Shown piece after piece: positions 10,281 to 19,855 of a DNA stretch of 64,000 nucleotides. A program made the translations under genes and the position numbers. Under the pieces are notes generated by a model. That model was not told the DNA's origin. It was given only the letters and a program-made list of their open reading frames with translations, and did not search any database. The stretch covers positions 128,001-192,000 of the forward strand of contig CAVXZB010000024.1 of assembly GCA_963765895.1 (NCBI GenBank), written 5' to 3'. The stretch's first letter is position 1; each line of letters opens with the position of its first letter. The DNA comes from an uncultured Nitrososphaeraceae archaeon. GTDB lineage: Archaea > Thermoproteota > Nitrososphaeria > Nitrososphaerales > Nitrososphaeraceae.

Positions 10281-11681
10281 ATGGTACAAGGCTTGATAAT
10301 GGATATTTTGACTGTTATCTGGCTTTTGAATATTCCTATAGCTTTTATTGCAATATTCAGATGCGTTATGAATAATAAGGTCTTTGTAGATAAAAATCCC
10401 GTAAGGATTCATAACGATCCTATAATAATTTTTCAAATTACTACTAGATCAGCTACCACCACCCCCGTGGTCTTTCGTGGAATACGCTCGATAATCGATT
10501 CGTGTTCTAAGATTCGCTATTCAAAATATCAGATATCAGTGGTAACAGACGATAGTAGAGATATCAAGAAATTAAGAGATAGGAAATGTGAGGTCATAGT
10601 TGTAGACAAATCGTTCAAGACTTCGGCAATAAAAAAAGGCAGAGCCTTACAGTACGGAGTGATTCATCGTCGCCATTGCGGCAAGAGTAGTAAAGATTAT
10701 TGGATTTTTCATCTGGACGACGAAAGCTTTCTTACTCCTCAAACAGTTCTTTCTCTTCTAAGGTTTATTAGAGAAGGAGATGGATTAGCTGCTGAAGGCC
10801 CCATATTTTACCCGCTGAAATTTGAGTCTGCAAACTTCCTCACAGCTCTTGCAGAATCGGTTAGGCCTTTCTCTTGCTATGATTGTGTATCTCAAATGAC
10901 AAATGGCGCCATCATCAAAACTCCTCCATTACATATGCATGGCAGTAATCTATTGGTTAGATCTGATATCGAAGATTCAATAGGCTGGGACTTTGGGCCC
11001 ACACTCGCAGAGGATCAACTGTTTGGTTATAAGGTATATAAGAAATACGGTGCTAATTCGCTGGGCTGGCATGGTGGGATTTTATTGGAACAGCCCCCGT
11101 TAAACATTAAAGACCATTTCATGCAAAGACGCAGATGGGTTGTGGGAAGTCTCCAGAATATCGATGAATTTTCGTGGCTTCATAAGCTAAAGGTTATTTA
11201 TAAACTAACAACTTATTTTCTTGGCTTTGCAGCAGGGATAACTTCGATTGCTCTTTCCATTTTAATGCATGTGCCCTTCATTCTAGCACTCTTTGCTGCA
11301 AACGCTAGTACAGGATCTGCTAATATAGACATGATGAATGGCACTTTTAGCAGGACCATAGATGTACTATATAGTGAATCTATACTTCATCTTTGGTCTG
11401 TAGGATCATATTATGAAATTGCTATTTCATCATTGATTTTTATTTCCTCTCTTGTATGGTTATTTTCATACCAATTAGGATTATTCTTAAACTTACGATA
11501 TTCTAATGTAAAACTGAGTAAAAAATTTTTTATGCATATTCAGACTCTAGTACTTTGTCCCATTCTTGGATTGATCGAAACTTTTCCAGCTTTTTTTGCC
11601 ATTATTGAATATGGCTTTAAAAGGAGATCCGCAAACAACCATACTACTCCGGTATACGATTTTTACGTGATAAACAAATGA
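10281..11681 (+). CDS. GT2 membrane glycosyltransferase, Egghead/BRE-3-like
   Basis: KGRALQY, WIFHLDDES, AED, QRRRW, C-terminal TM helices. Confidence 0.85.
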   Translation: MVQGLIMDILTVIWLLNIPIAFIAIFRCVMNNKVFVDKNPVRIHNDPIIIFQITTRSATTTPVVFRGIRSIIDSCSKIRYSKYQISVVTDDSRDIKKLRDRKCEVIVVDKSFKTSAIKKGRALQYGVIHRRHCGKSSKDYWIFHLDDESFLTPQTVLSLLRFIREGDGLAAEGPIFYPLKFESANFLTALAESVRPFSCYDCVSQMTNGAIIKTPPLHMHGSNLLVRSDIEDSIGWDFGPTLAEDQLFGYKVYKKYGANSLGWHGGILLEQPPLNIKDHFMQRRRWVVGSLQNIDEFSWLHKLKVIYKLTTYFLGFAAGITSIALSILMHVPFILALFAANASTGSANIDMMNGTFSRTIDVLYSESILHLWSVGSYYEIAISSLIFISSLVWLFSYQLGLFLNLRYSNVKLSKKFFMHIQTLVLCPILGLIETFPAFFAIIEYGFKRRSANNHTTPVYDFYVINK

Positions 11682-12089
11682 TAGATAGCGATTCTACTCA
11701 ATAGGATTAGGAATATATTTTATAATCCCTTTTTGGCAGCAGTATGTGCTTCCTAAATAACACGAAACTTATTGAATTGCTGCTCATGACTTAAAACACT
11801 AAACATGAAATAGATAATTGATCTATTAGCCTTGATCACAATCTACGCCTTAGGCTAGTTAAAAGCCGGAATAATAACCTGTTACGCTTAAAGCCTGGCC
11901 ATCCTGTTTAGACTCGCGTATAGGCACGACCCTGTTTAGGCCTGTCATGGAATCAAGAAAAAGATGACACGTTCAAGAAATGCTGTTAATAGCTAACTAA
12001 AGATCCTGCTTAATACAAACATAAAATTCTAGTGGATTATCTTGTGAATTGACAGTTTTAATTCGAATAATAAATCTTAACAATTATCC

Positions 12090-12223
12090 TGGAGGGGATG
12101 GGATTCGAACCCATGAACCCCTGAAGGACGGGATTACTCATATGGATCTATCTACGCATGCGTTTTACGTTACGTATCTTGATCTTGAGTCCTGCGCGTT
12201 TGACCGGGCTTCGCTACCCCTCC
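12090..12223 (-). tRNA. tRNA-Leu(CAA) with a 49-nt intron at 37/38 (12135-12183)
   Basis: Reverse complement GGAGGGG...CAGGA CT CAA G[intron]A TCCCG, long variable arm, GGTTCGAATCC, CCCCTCC-A; BHB central helix CTCA/TGAG. Confidence 0.9.
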
Positions 12224-12408
12224 ACCTGATGATTCCACTAAGTTTCCTTATTTCTTGTTTACTATTCGTGTTCGTGTAATTGATCACCGACGAAGTATAG
12301 AACTAGGCAAATTTGGAAGGCTAGATGATTATGGTAGACATAGTTGAATAAATATAACCTGACTCTCCAGAACCTTTATTATTGCAGTGTAACGATCTCA
12401 AATAAATA

Positions 12409-12696
12409 ATGAAGATTACCGAGTTAAAACCAGGAATGCGAGGAGTGAACATAGAAGGACGAATAGAGAGCATAACTGAGCCAAGGACTGTAAATTTGAG
12501 AACGGGCGGAACTGCACAGGTTGCTGACGCTATGGTTTCTGATGAAACTGGTAGTATAAAACTATCTCTATGGGACGATCAAATCAATTTGGTAAAAGAT
12601 GGAGACAACGTTACTATTGAGAATGGATATACCCAGTCATTTCGTGGAGAGAACAGCCTTAATATAGGAAGATACGGAAAACTGAAGAGACTGTAG
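12409..12696 (+). CDS. ssb: Single OB-fold ssDNA-binding protein (SSB/RPA)
   Basis: MKITELKPG..DETGSIKLSLW..IENGY..FRGE..LNIGRYG, like crenarchaeal SSB. Confidence 0.9.
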   Translation: MKITELKPGMRGVNIEGRIESITEPRTVNLRTGGTAQVADAMVSDETGSIKLSLWDDQINLVKDGDNVTIENGYTQSFRGENSLNIGRYGKLKRL

Positions 12697-12799
12697 AATT
12701 CTAGTTTTTGTTACCTATGGTGCATAGATAAGCATCTTCCATAGGCTTCGTTTAGAACTACAAAACAGTACTGAATAAATTACTAGCCTACTCACATTG

Positions 12800-13621
12800 T
12801 TAACTAATATATCCCATGTCTGATGGTCTGCTTTGAACCACTGATGGTTGGTCGTCTTGTTGTCTTAGACTGCTGGTCATCTGCTGCTCTATTGTCTTTA
12901 TCAACATTTCTGTGTCCTTCGCTCTTCTCTCAATATTAGTCATATCTATTTTTAAATGCAAGATTGTTACAAGCGTTTCCAGAATTGACTTTGATGCCTT
13001 AGCGTCGATTACAAATCCGGACGTTTCGGCTAGCAAGCACGTCCCTCTCATTCCTCTACGTTTTGCGATCCCGACAACGATTCCGTTCATACCAGTTATA
13101 CTCCCACCTTCCATAGTATTGACGTGTTGTTCATGGAGGCCTTGTACTGCATCAAGATCGCCTGCAGTTCCAAATATGCGTGGAGTACTTACAAATGAAC
13201 CCGTAATGTATGCAGCCAATGTGAATATTTGGCCTGTGCTGAATCTCGTTGCAATATCTAGAATTTCCTCGGCGAGAAAATATTCAGAGTCAGGATTTGA
13301 TGGCTGGGAGTCTCCACTAAGCAGAAGTAGGCCAGATCCATAGTGAGTAGGCACGTTTGAATAGAATAGGTAATTTTTTAAAAGATCCGCAGTACCGTCC
13401 GATTTTATTAATAATTGGGCAGGAAAGGAAGTAGAGTAAATGTCTGCGAGATGAGTCGCATTAAGTTCATGTATTAAATGGTCCACAGCTAATTTGCCTA
13501 CATAACCACTTCCTGGAAAACCGCAAATTAGCACTGGGTTAGACGTATCTGGAACATTTTGTGTAGAATAAACGACGTTAATTTCGGGATGATTGGACCT
13601 CACGTACAGTGTGATAGTCAT
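12800..13621 (-). CDS. PAC2 family proteasome assembly chaperone-like protein
   Basis: GFPGSGYVGKLA, GDSQP, GSITGMNG, CLLAET, DAKAS, C-terminal YIS. Confidence 0.88.
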   Translation of the reverse strand: MTITLYVRSNHPEINVVYSTQNVPDTSNPVLICGFPGSGYVGKLAVDHLIHELNATHLADIYSTSFPAQLLIKSDGTADLLKNYLFYSNVPTHYGSGLLLLSGDSQPSNPDSEYFLAEEILDIATRFSTGQIFTLAAYITGSFVSTPRIFGTAGDLDAVQGLHEQHVNTMEGGSITGMNGIVVGIAKRRGMRGTCLLAETSGFVIDAKASKSILETLVTILHLKIDMTNIERRAKDTEMLIKTIEQQMTSSLRQQDDQPSVVQSRPSDMGYIS

Positions 13622-13840
13622 TTAGATTATAAACTGTTTGCGCAGTACTTTTGATTGTTGTCTCTGCTAAAGTCTGCTTGAGTGGAGCAAGCAAAGAGGT
13701 GTGTGAACGTGATATAGATAACCCAAATTCAACTATTGTGGCAAATTAAGCCATTACGGAATAATGAGACAGTTTGGCAGCTCAAATCACTATGAGTTAC
13801 TAGGAGAGGGATTACATATTCATCTATTCACATTTACATG

Positions 13841-13969
13841 TCATGAATTTGTTGTCTCTCCAACTTTTAATTCAGCGGATTTCCTTTTCACTCTAGATCC
13901 AAACAAGATAGCCGTGAAGACCACAAAAACACCGCAAGTCAATGCGAACATAAATATTTCGTCAGCCAT
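13841..13969 (-). CDS. Putative 42-aa single-pass membrane protein
   Basis: Manual translation MADEIFMFALTCGVFVVFTAILFGSRVKRKSAELKVGETTNS: a TM segment followed by a basic patch. Confidence 0.45.
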   Translation of the reverse strand: MADEIFMFALTCGVFVVFTAILFGSRVKRKSAELKVGETTNS

Positions 13970-14255
13970 GTCACGGTGTATATACTGCCACCTTTTTTAA
14001 AGGTATTGGAACACTGCATCTTGGTAACATGGGTCAGTATAATACAAGAGCCGATGACCAGACTGAATTTGGTCGGAACGGATTCGATTTGGATCGATGT
14101 TAGAGCATATTTGGATCATAACAGTCTCCGGATCGAGACGGTCAACCAATTGAACTCGATAAAACGATCAGTTGCTTTAGCTATACCTCGGCAATTGATC
14201 GAAGGCCTGATGCTTAGTATTAATAGTAAGGAGATCTGATCTAACCTAGGAAGAA

Positions 14256-14555
14256 TTGCCGTTAAGGTCAACAGGTTGGACTAATAGGGGATGGTTGGAA
14301 ATTGTTGAATTCATACTCTCTATGTGCATAGATGGGTCCCGAAAAACGCATGTCATGTATCGATGTAATCTCAATTCGAAACAAATCAATGAGTATTTGG
14401 ATTTCCTGTACCAGTGTTCAATGCTTGAAAAAACCCCCGAGCATCCCAATTCCAAGAGATATATATACAAAACTAGTAAACTGGGAAAGGAAGCTATTGA
14501 TAGTTATCATAAGTTGGTGAGCCTATTTAAAAAAGATCCGACCTTTCTATCATGA
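14256..14555 (+). CDS. Winged-helix (ArnR1/HTH_45-like) transcription regulator
   Basis: RGWLEIVEFIL..RKTHVMYRCNLN..YLDFL...YKTSKLG. Confidence 0.85.
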   Translation: MPLRSTGWTNRGWLEIVEFILSMCIDGSRKTHVMYRCNLNSKQINEYLDFLYQCSMLEKTPEHPNSKRYIYKTSKLGKEAIDSYHKLVSLFKKDPTFLS

Positions 14556-14650
14556 TTGATTGAAATTCACTATTTGGAGCGTTTATGATGATTCTATCTG
14601 ATAGTTCCACTCATGTTATATTGAATGTAAGTTTAGTTGAATTGTCTGAG

Positions 14651-14947
14651 ATGAAAAATCGTAGTCGTTACGAGGTAATAGCCGCTATTCTGAAGTCTGC
14701 AAACAAAGAAGAGACAAGGACCAAGATAATGTACAAAGCCATGCTGAGCAATGATCAGTGCAAGGTTTATCTAGAATCTCTCCTTCAAAGCGGCCTAATT
14801 CAAGAAGTGGACAACGGAGCCAAGATAGTGTATCGAACTACAAGCAAAGGAGATAAATTTTTGTCTTATTATGATCAAATGAAGGAGCTGTTACCCGTTG
14901 GGATTGAAGATAACCTCACTGAGGAATATTATCGTCTGAGTGTCTAA
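14651..14947 (+). CDS. Winged-helix (ArnR1/HTH_45-like) transcription regulator, second paralogue
   Basis: MKNRSRYEVIAAIL..TRTKIMYKAMLS..YLESL..YRTTSKGDKFL. Confidence 0.88.
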   Translation: MKNRSRYEVIAAILKSANKEETRTKIMYKAMLSNDQCKVYLESLLQSGLIQEVDNGAKIVYRTTSKGDKFLSYYDQMKELLPVGIEDNLTEEYYRLSV

Positions 14948-14952
14948 GGTTA

Positions 14953-16443
14953 TTACACTAGACAATCTAATGTAATCGTAGGAACTCCCAGTGACCTGCG
15001 TACAGAAAGGGCATGGGAGTGGCCATCTGGGATAATTGATTCTAAGAGAAGAGTATTGTGTAATAGATTAAGTCTCAGAAGCATATCCACATTGCGTACT
15101 AATTCTTTATACCTTACCGGTTTAATAGAAACCAATATGGAAAGATTAACATTAAATCTGAGAAACGGTATTATTTTTGAAAACAGGGAATCTCCATCTG
15201 ATCTATTATCGAAGTCATCCAACATTAGCATGCTCATCAAAATCTTGTTCTTACGCTGACTTTGTACCTTAGACACCACTTCTTTGAGTCTCTTAAATCT
15301 TTCAGAGGATGTATCCTGAGTACCATATTCATCAATAAATTCCGATATTTCAGTGTCATTTCTTGAGTAGTGTAGCAACCTGAGGTTTCTTCCAAGTTTC
15401 CGACTCAAATAGGGCTGGAGGAAATCTAAGAAAAGCCGCGGTTCAATGCCAGGCACGGGCTGCGCTATAATGTTACTATCGTTACTAATGAACTGAGCAG
15501 TTATTTTAGCCAAAAATGATGCACACACATTAGGAGTAATAACTCGGTCTACTTCAAGGAGCACTATTTTGTTCTCCTGAACTTCAGGAGAAAATTCGAT
15601 GCTTAGGCTTTCACAAATTATTCTGGCGAATTTTTTCACATTGTTTGAGTTCGAGGGTAGGTCTAATGACGATGATGCCTTGTGTTCACTTCGATCTCTC
15701 TTCGAAAAAGAATTGATTCTTCTGTTGGTGATAAGAAATTCAGAGGGATCATAATGGTTATAGCTTTTGAATATGCCATTATTAAGTGTGAATATATATG
15801 AAGATCGATTTATCTTGGTACCCCGCAGTTTAGCGAGAAATATTTGTCTAATATCAGCGTTTCTATAGACTTTTTGCTTGAGCTCTACTATCCCGTCGAC
15901 TAGAAAATCAAGTGTATTATCTTCAGAGTCTTCACTTGTGAAGATCAACTTTGCTCCGGCCCTCTCACGCCATGTTTGCAAAACTCTTTCGTTATTCAGC
16001 CGAGCCTCAGTATCCATGAATGAGGCTATTGCGTCCCAGCTATCGATAATTATAATTGGAGCTTTAACATCCATTAATTGATTCGTAATCCGTTCGAATA
16101 GTGATTCGGGCTCGTCAAGACGTGCATCCTCAAAACTTGAAAGACTGGATCGCTGGTTTGACGGATCATTTACTTCTATATTTTCTCGAACGACAAACTT
16201 TTCCAGCCAAGGATAATTTACAAAAAGTTGTCTCGGTGAGAGCCTGGTAGATATATAAAAGAAATTGCTTCTGATCTCTAGTGCCCTCAAAATCGTTAGA
16301 GATAATGTAGTTTTGCCAGTCCCGGAATTGCCCTTGACTAGCAGCGAGTAGGTATCACGTTTAACAAATTGCATCAGTTCTGGTGGTATCTGCATCAGAT
16401 TATCATCAACCTTTGAGAAACTTGCCATTTTTATATTATCCAT
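14953..16443 (-). CDS. GvpD/KaiC/RAD55-like P-loop ATPase with a degenerate second domain
   Basis: Walker A GNSGTGKT, Walker B IIIIDSWD, LDFLVDGIVEL, KLRG. Confidence 0.85.
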   Translation of the reverse strand: MDNIKMASFSKVDDNLMQIPPELMQFVKRDTYSLLVKGNSGTGKTTLSLTILRALEIRSNFFYISTRLSPRQLFVNYPWLEKFVVRENIEVNDPSNQRSSLSSFEDARLDEPESLFERITNQLMDVKAPIIIIDSWDAIASFMDTEARLNNERVLQTWRERAGAKLIFTSEDSEDNTLDFLVDGIVELKQKVYRNADIRQIFLAKLRGTKINRSSYIFTLNNGIFKSYNHYDPSEFLITNRRINSFSKRDRSEHKASSSLDLPSNSNNVKKFARIICESLSIEFSPEVQENKIVLLEVDRVITPNVCASFLAKITAQFISNDSNIIAQPVPGIEPRLFLDFLQPYLSRKLGRNLRLLHYSRNDTEISEFIDEYGTQDTSSERFKRLKEVVSKVQSQRKNKILMSMLMLDDFDNRSDGDSLFSKIIPFLRFNVNLSILVSIKPVRYKELVRNVDMLLRLNLLHNTLLLESIIPDGHSHALSVRRSLGVPTITLDCLV

Positions 16444-16559
16444 GTGTCTCGACTATAACTATCGTAATGAATTCTCTATAATATCATCTAATAGTCGCAT
16501 CGAATGCGTTTCACATACAAATTCACAATTAATGTTTTCGATCGGCATGCCGGCTAACC

Positions 16560-17633
16560 TTACGACCATGGATTTATTCCCTTTTGATATCTGGAAGCAT
16601 CAATTAGTCCCTCTGCATATCCTATACTCAATACGGCAAGTTCTAACTTTCCCTGTCCCAAGAATCGTTCAGCGTCATAGATATAGTGCTCGGCATTATC
16701 AAGGGACTCTAGGATCCCTTTGTTACTAAGGGAATCGTTTTCTTTCTCAATGATACATTTTAAATTTCTAAGCGCCAGCTTCGCTTTCGGAGCGTAACGT
16801 TCGATCATCTTGACTGAGAGTCGATGCACATTCAAAGTGTTATCCAATGGACCGTCTAGGTTATGGGTTAGATTAACGATGGCATCCTCTTCGCTAAAAT
16901 GTAACGGTCCAGTAACAACCATAGAATGCGGTCCCGAGCCAAAGTCCAATTCCATTAGGGATCGAATTTTTCCCGAAACTATATTATTATCTTCAGTTCC
17001 TATTCTAGAAGCAATAATAGCGAAAGTATCCTGGTTCAGAATTCCATATTTTAAATCATCTTCAACTCCCAATAGCATTTTTAATGCTTCTTTTGGGTCA
17101 AGAAAGGGCGGTTTGACAGAATCATTAACCGTATATTCGGTTAAAATTAATGTGTGATTACCTGCCAATAAGTTGTCATGGATAGTATTGTAAACGCTAA
17201 TGCTGGATTGTGGCTCGGACATCATCGTCACACTTCTGCCACATTTATAAAAGTGCAAACCTGCTTCTCCTATCACAGAGGTTAAACCGGAAGCTGCATG
17301 AATCACTCTCACGTCAATGGAGCTCCTCTTGGCTCTAACGTATAGTTCTGAATGGGTGGTGGCGATAAGGGGATCTCCATACGATAATAACGCTACTCTT
17401 TTTTTTCTTGCTTCTTCTAGAATTAGTCTGCCATCTTCCACGACCCATCTCTTAACTACAATTATTTCTATTGTGTCGTCATCTATTAACGCTCGTAAGT
17501 TTGTCAGATCACGATCCGAGATTTCACTTGTGAATCTCTCTACACATATTTTTTTACAGCTCTTCAATATATCTATCGCATGAACGCTAAGTCCTTGGTA
17601 CCCATTAATTCCCAATCCAACAAACCAAAGCAT
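16560..17633 (-). CDS. dph5: Diphthine synthase with a C-terminal DUF357-like domain
   Basis: LWFVGLG, GDPLIATTH, HAASG, HTLIL, PHSMVV, LHFSE; C-terminal YIYDAERF..YAEGLIDA. Confidence 0.92.
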   Translation of the reverse strand: MLWFVGLGINGYQGLSVHAIDILKSCKKICVERFTSEISDRDLTNLRALIDDDTIEIIVVKRWVVEDGRLILEEARKKRVALLSYGDPLIATTHSELYVRAKRSSIDVRVIHAASGLTSVIGEAGLHFYKCGRSVTMMSEPQSSISVYNTIHDNLLAGNHTLILTEYTVNDSVKPPFLDPKEALKMLLGVEDDLKYGILNQDTFAIIASRIGTEDNNIVSGKIRSLMELDFGSGPHSMVVTGPLHFSEEDAIVNLTHNLDGPLDNTLNVHRLSVKMIERYAPKAKLALRNLKCIIEKENDSLSNKGILESLDNAEHYIYDAERFLGQGKLELAVLSIGYAEGLIDASRYQKGINPWS

Positions 17634-17679
17634 AATAATGACACGAACGAACTAGAATTAAATCTTGTTTGAGTAGATA

Positions 17680-18798
17680 TTATGAGACACTCTTGCGTGC
17701 ATGTAGTCTTGAGATATGAAAAAGAGCCCTTGAGAAAATGTCTATGCTGGTGAGATATTCTTCTAGGTTTACTCGTTCATCGACCGTGTGAGATGCATGA
17801 GGTTCACCAGGACCGTATGTCACTACAGGTATCTTGAAGGCGTTACCCAAAATATTCATATCTCCAGTCCCAGTTTTCCGCAGAAGGGTTGGTCGAATCT
17901 TTCTTACATCAATGATCGATAAGGACATAGCCCTAACTAAGGTTGAGGTATAACTTGCTTCAAAAGGTTCGGTTTGGTCCTGGATTCTATAGGTAGCTCT
18001 CACTCCCTTTTTAGTTGCAACATTAGTTATAATCTCGTCAATAACTGATAATACATATTGAGATTTGATGGTTACCGGAATACGAATGTCAAGAGTTATA
18101 CTAGATTTCCGCGGAGTAACGTTATGACTTGATCCGCCGACTATTTCAGTCAAACTACAGCTTATAGTTTTAGTTTTGTTTTCATCAGCACTAATTCTCG
18201 CCACTTCGGACTTTATCTCTGTCCAGAAATCATAGATTTCCTCAATCGAGTTTTTAGATAGCCAAGGTGCGCTAGCATGTGCGCTGTTACCGACATCGCA
18301 TGTCAATCTAATAGATACTCTACCTTTATAGGCAATTGTAATATTATGTATGCCGCTTGGTTCACCGAAGATAGCATAGTCAAGCGGTAATCTGGACGCA
18401 ACAAGGTTTTTCACTCCTGTGGCGTTTCCTTCTTCATCTACAACACCCACAAATGAGATCGTGCCTTTCTGTTTTGGAAATTCGGAAGCCGCGAGAAGCA
18501 TAGAAATCAACGCCGCTTTAGCATCCGATGCTCCTCGTCCATACAAATAGCCGTCGTCGATCCTTACAGGAATTCGTCCAGGGACTGTGTCCATATGACC
18601 ACAAAGCAAGATTTTAGGATCTCCAGTACCCCTAGTTGCTAAGATATTTCCTACGCTATCAATATAGGTCTGCTCAAATCCTAATTCTTCGCTGCATCTT
18701 GTCTTTAGCATGTTAGCCAGCGCTGCTTCCGATCTGGACGGCGTATACAATTCTAGGGCCATCTTTAGTAATTCTATGGCATAATTTATCGAAACCAA
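17680..18798 (-). CDS. lysK: [LysW]-lysine/[LysW]-ornithine hydrolase (M20)
   Basis: GHMDTV, GRGASDAK, DEEG, GEPS, GTGDMN, YGPG..H; lies in the lysW operon. Confidence 0.9.
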   Translation of the reverse strand: MVSINYAIELLKMALELYTPSRSEAALANMLKTRCSEELGFEQTYIDSVGNILATRGTGDPKILLCGHMDTVPGRIPVRIDDGYLYGRGASDAKAALISMLLAASEFPKQKGTISFVGVVDEEGNATGVKNLVASRLPLDYAIFGEPSGIHNITIAYKGRVSIRLTCDVGNSAHASAPWLSKNSIEEIYDFWTEIKSEVARISADENKTKTISCSLTEIVGGSSHNVTPRKSSITLDIRIPVTIKSQYVLSVIDEIITNVATKKGVRATYRIQDQTEPFEASYTSTLVRAMSLSIIDVRKIRPTLLRKTGTGDMNILGNAFKIPVVTYGPGEPHASHTVDERVNLEEYLTSIDIFSRALFHISRLHARKSVS

Positions 18799-18811
18799 TT
18801 TTTTAGTGGTT

Positions 18812-19681
18812 CTAATTTCCTGCTTTGTGGACGAATTCTACTATTTGTCCCGGAATATCCACCCCGGTCACCTTGACGGTATTTTTAAACTCAGTCGTAT
18901 TATTCACCTCGTGAACTACGAGTCCCTCCTTCTTGCTCTCCATTAAATCGACACCGACAATTTTGCCATTGACTGCTCTGCTAGCTTCTAGGCATACATC
19001 TTCTAGCTCCTTGGTAACGGGACAATTTTCGGCACGAGCACCTAAGGCCATATTTGTTTTCCACTCTCCAATCGCCGAGTATCGATAGATGGCGGCTACC
19101 ACCCTTTCGCCAACAATTATAGCCCTTATATCTCTGGGAGGCCGATCAACAAATTCTTCAAAATAATATACCTGATACAAGGGAAACATATGCTCCCTAT
19201 GCTCGATTACGCCCTTTGCTGCCTCTTTATCATTCAATACAGCAATTAGCCTGCCCCAACTACCAATCGTTGGCTTTATTATGGCAGGGTATCCCAACTC
19301 ATCGAGCGCTGCAATAGCTGATGATTCCGAGAACGCAGTAATCGCCTTTGGCGTCCTTACACCAGCTTTCCGAAGCATCATATGCGTGTACAGTTTGTTG
19401 CCGCATACTGAATTTGTAATTAACGGATTAAACACATTTGCCCCCAGACCTTCTAACGCGGCTGTAGAATGAATATTCTTAAAGTAACTTACACATCGCT
19501 GGATGATTGTAAAACCCTTATATTGAAACTCTTTATTCAAATCTACAAAGAGGCTTTTGCAATCGATATTGACGGGGTCAAATCCGCGCTTCTTTGCTGC
19601 TTCATATAATGCCTTTTCTTCCCACCTAATTTGGTCATAGAGAATTGCGAAATGAAGAGAAGATTTAACTTCGTCCGTCAC
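18812..19681 (-). CDS. lysX: Alpha-aminoadipate--LysW ligase (ATP-grasp)
   Basis: IRWEEK, QRCVSY, GSWGRL, RDIR, EVNNTTEF; GTG start overlaps the lysW stop. Confidence 0.9.
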   Translation of the reverse strand: MTDEVKSSLHFAILYDQIRWEEKALYEAAKKRGFDPVNIDCKSLFVDLNKEFQYKGFTIIQRCVSYFKNIHSTAALEGLGANVFNPLITNSVCGNKLYTHMMLRKAGVRTPKAITAFSESSAIAALDELGYPAIIKPTIGSWGRLIAVLNDKEAAKGVIEHREHMFPLYQVYYFEEFVDRPPRDIRAIIVGERVVAAIYRYSAIGEWKTNMALGARAENCPVTKELEDVCLEASRAVNGKIVGVDLMESKKEGLVVHEVNNTTEFKNTVKVTGVDIPGQIVEFVHKAGN

Positions 19682-19845
19682 TGGCCCCAATCCTCACCGA
19701 CTGTCTGGGCCGGCTTAAGGCGGAATTCCGTTCCTTCTTTTACTAATTCATAACTTGCCCCACAATCTTGACAAGTTACTATTTCTCCCTCTATCGAATC
19801 TGAAGGAGGCTTAATTTCAGCATCGCATTCTGGACACTTCACCAT
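19678..19845 (-). CDS. lysW: LysW amino-group carrier protein (55 aa, not in the ORF track)
   Basis: Manual translation MVKCPECDAEIKPPSDSIEGEIVTCQDCGASYELVKEGTEFRLKPAQTVGEDWGQ. Confidence 0.93.
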   Translation of the reverse strand: MVKCPECDAEIKPPSDSIEGEIVTCQDCGASYELVKEGTEFRLKPAQTVGEDWGQ

Positions 19846-19855
19846 TTTTAATCAC

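Noticed and set aside
12049-12279. 76-aa ORF on the + strand
   Set aside because: It is the antisense of tRNA-Leu(CAA)
13764-14239. Two + strand ORFs (78 and 87 aa)
   Set aside because: No motifs; the first is antisense to a more plausible small TM ORF
14953-16443. Gas vesicle or circadian clock locus
   Set aside because: No gvpA/gvpE or kaiA/kaiB in the window
16560-17633. Dph5-DUF357 fusion as a novelty
   Set aside because: Recalled as common in thaumarchaea, so treated as ordinary
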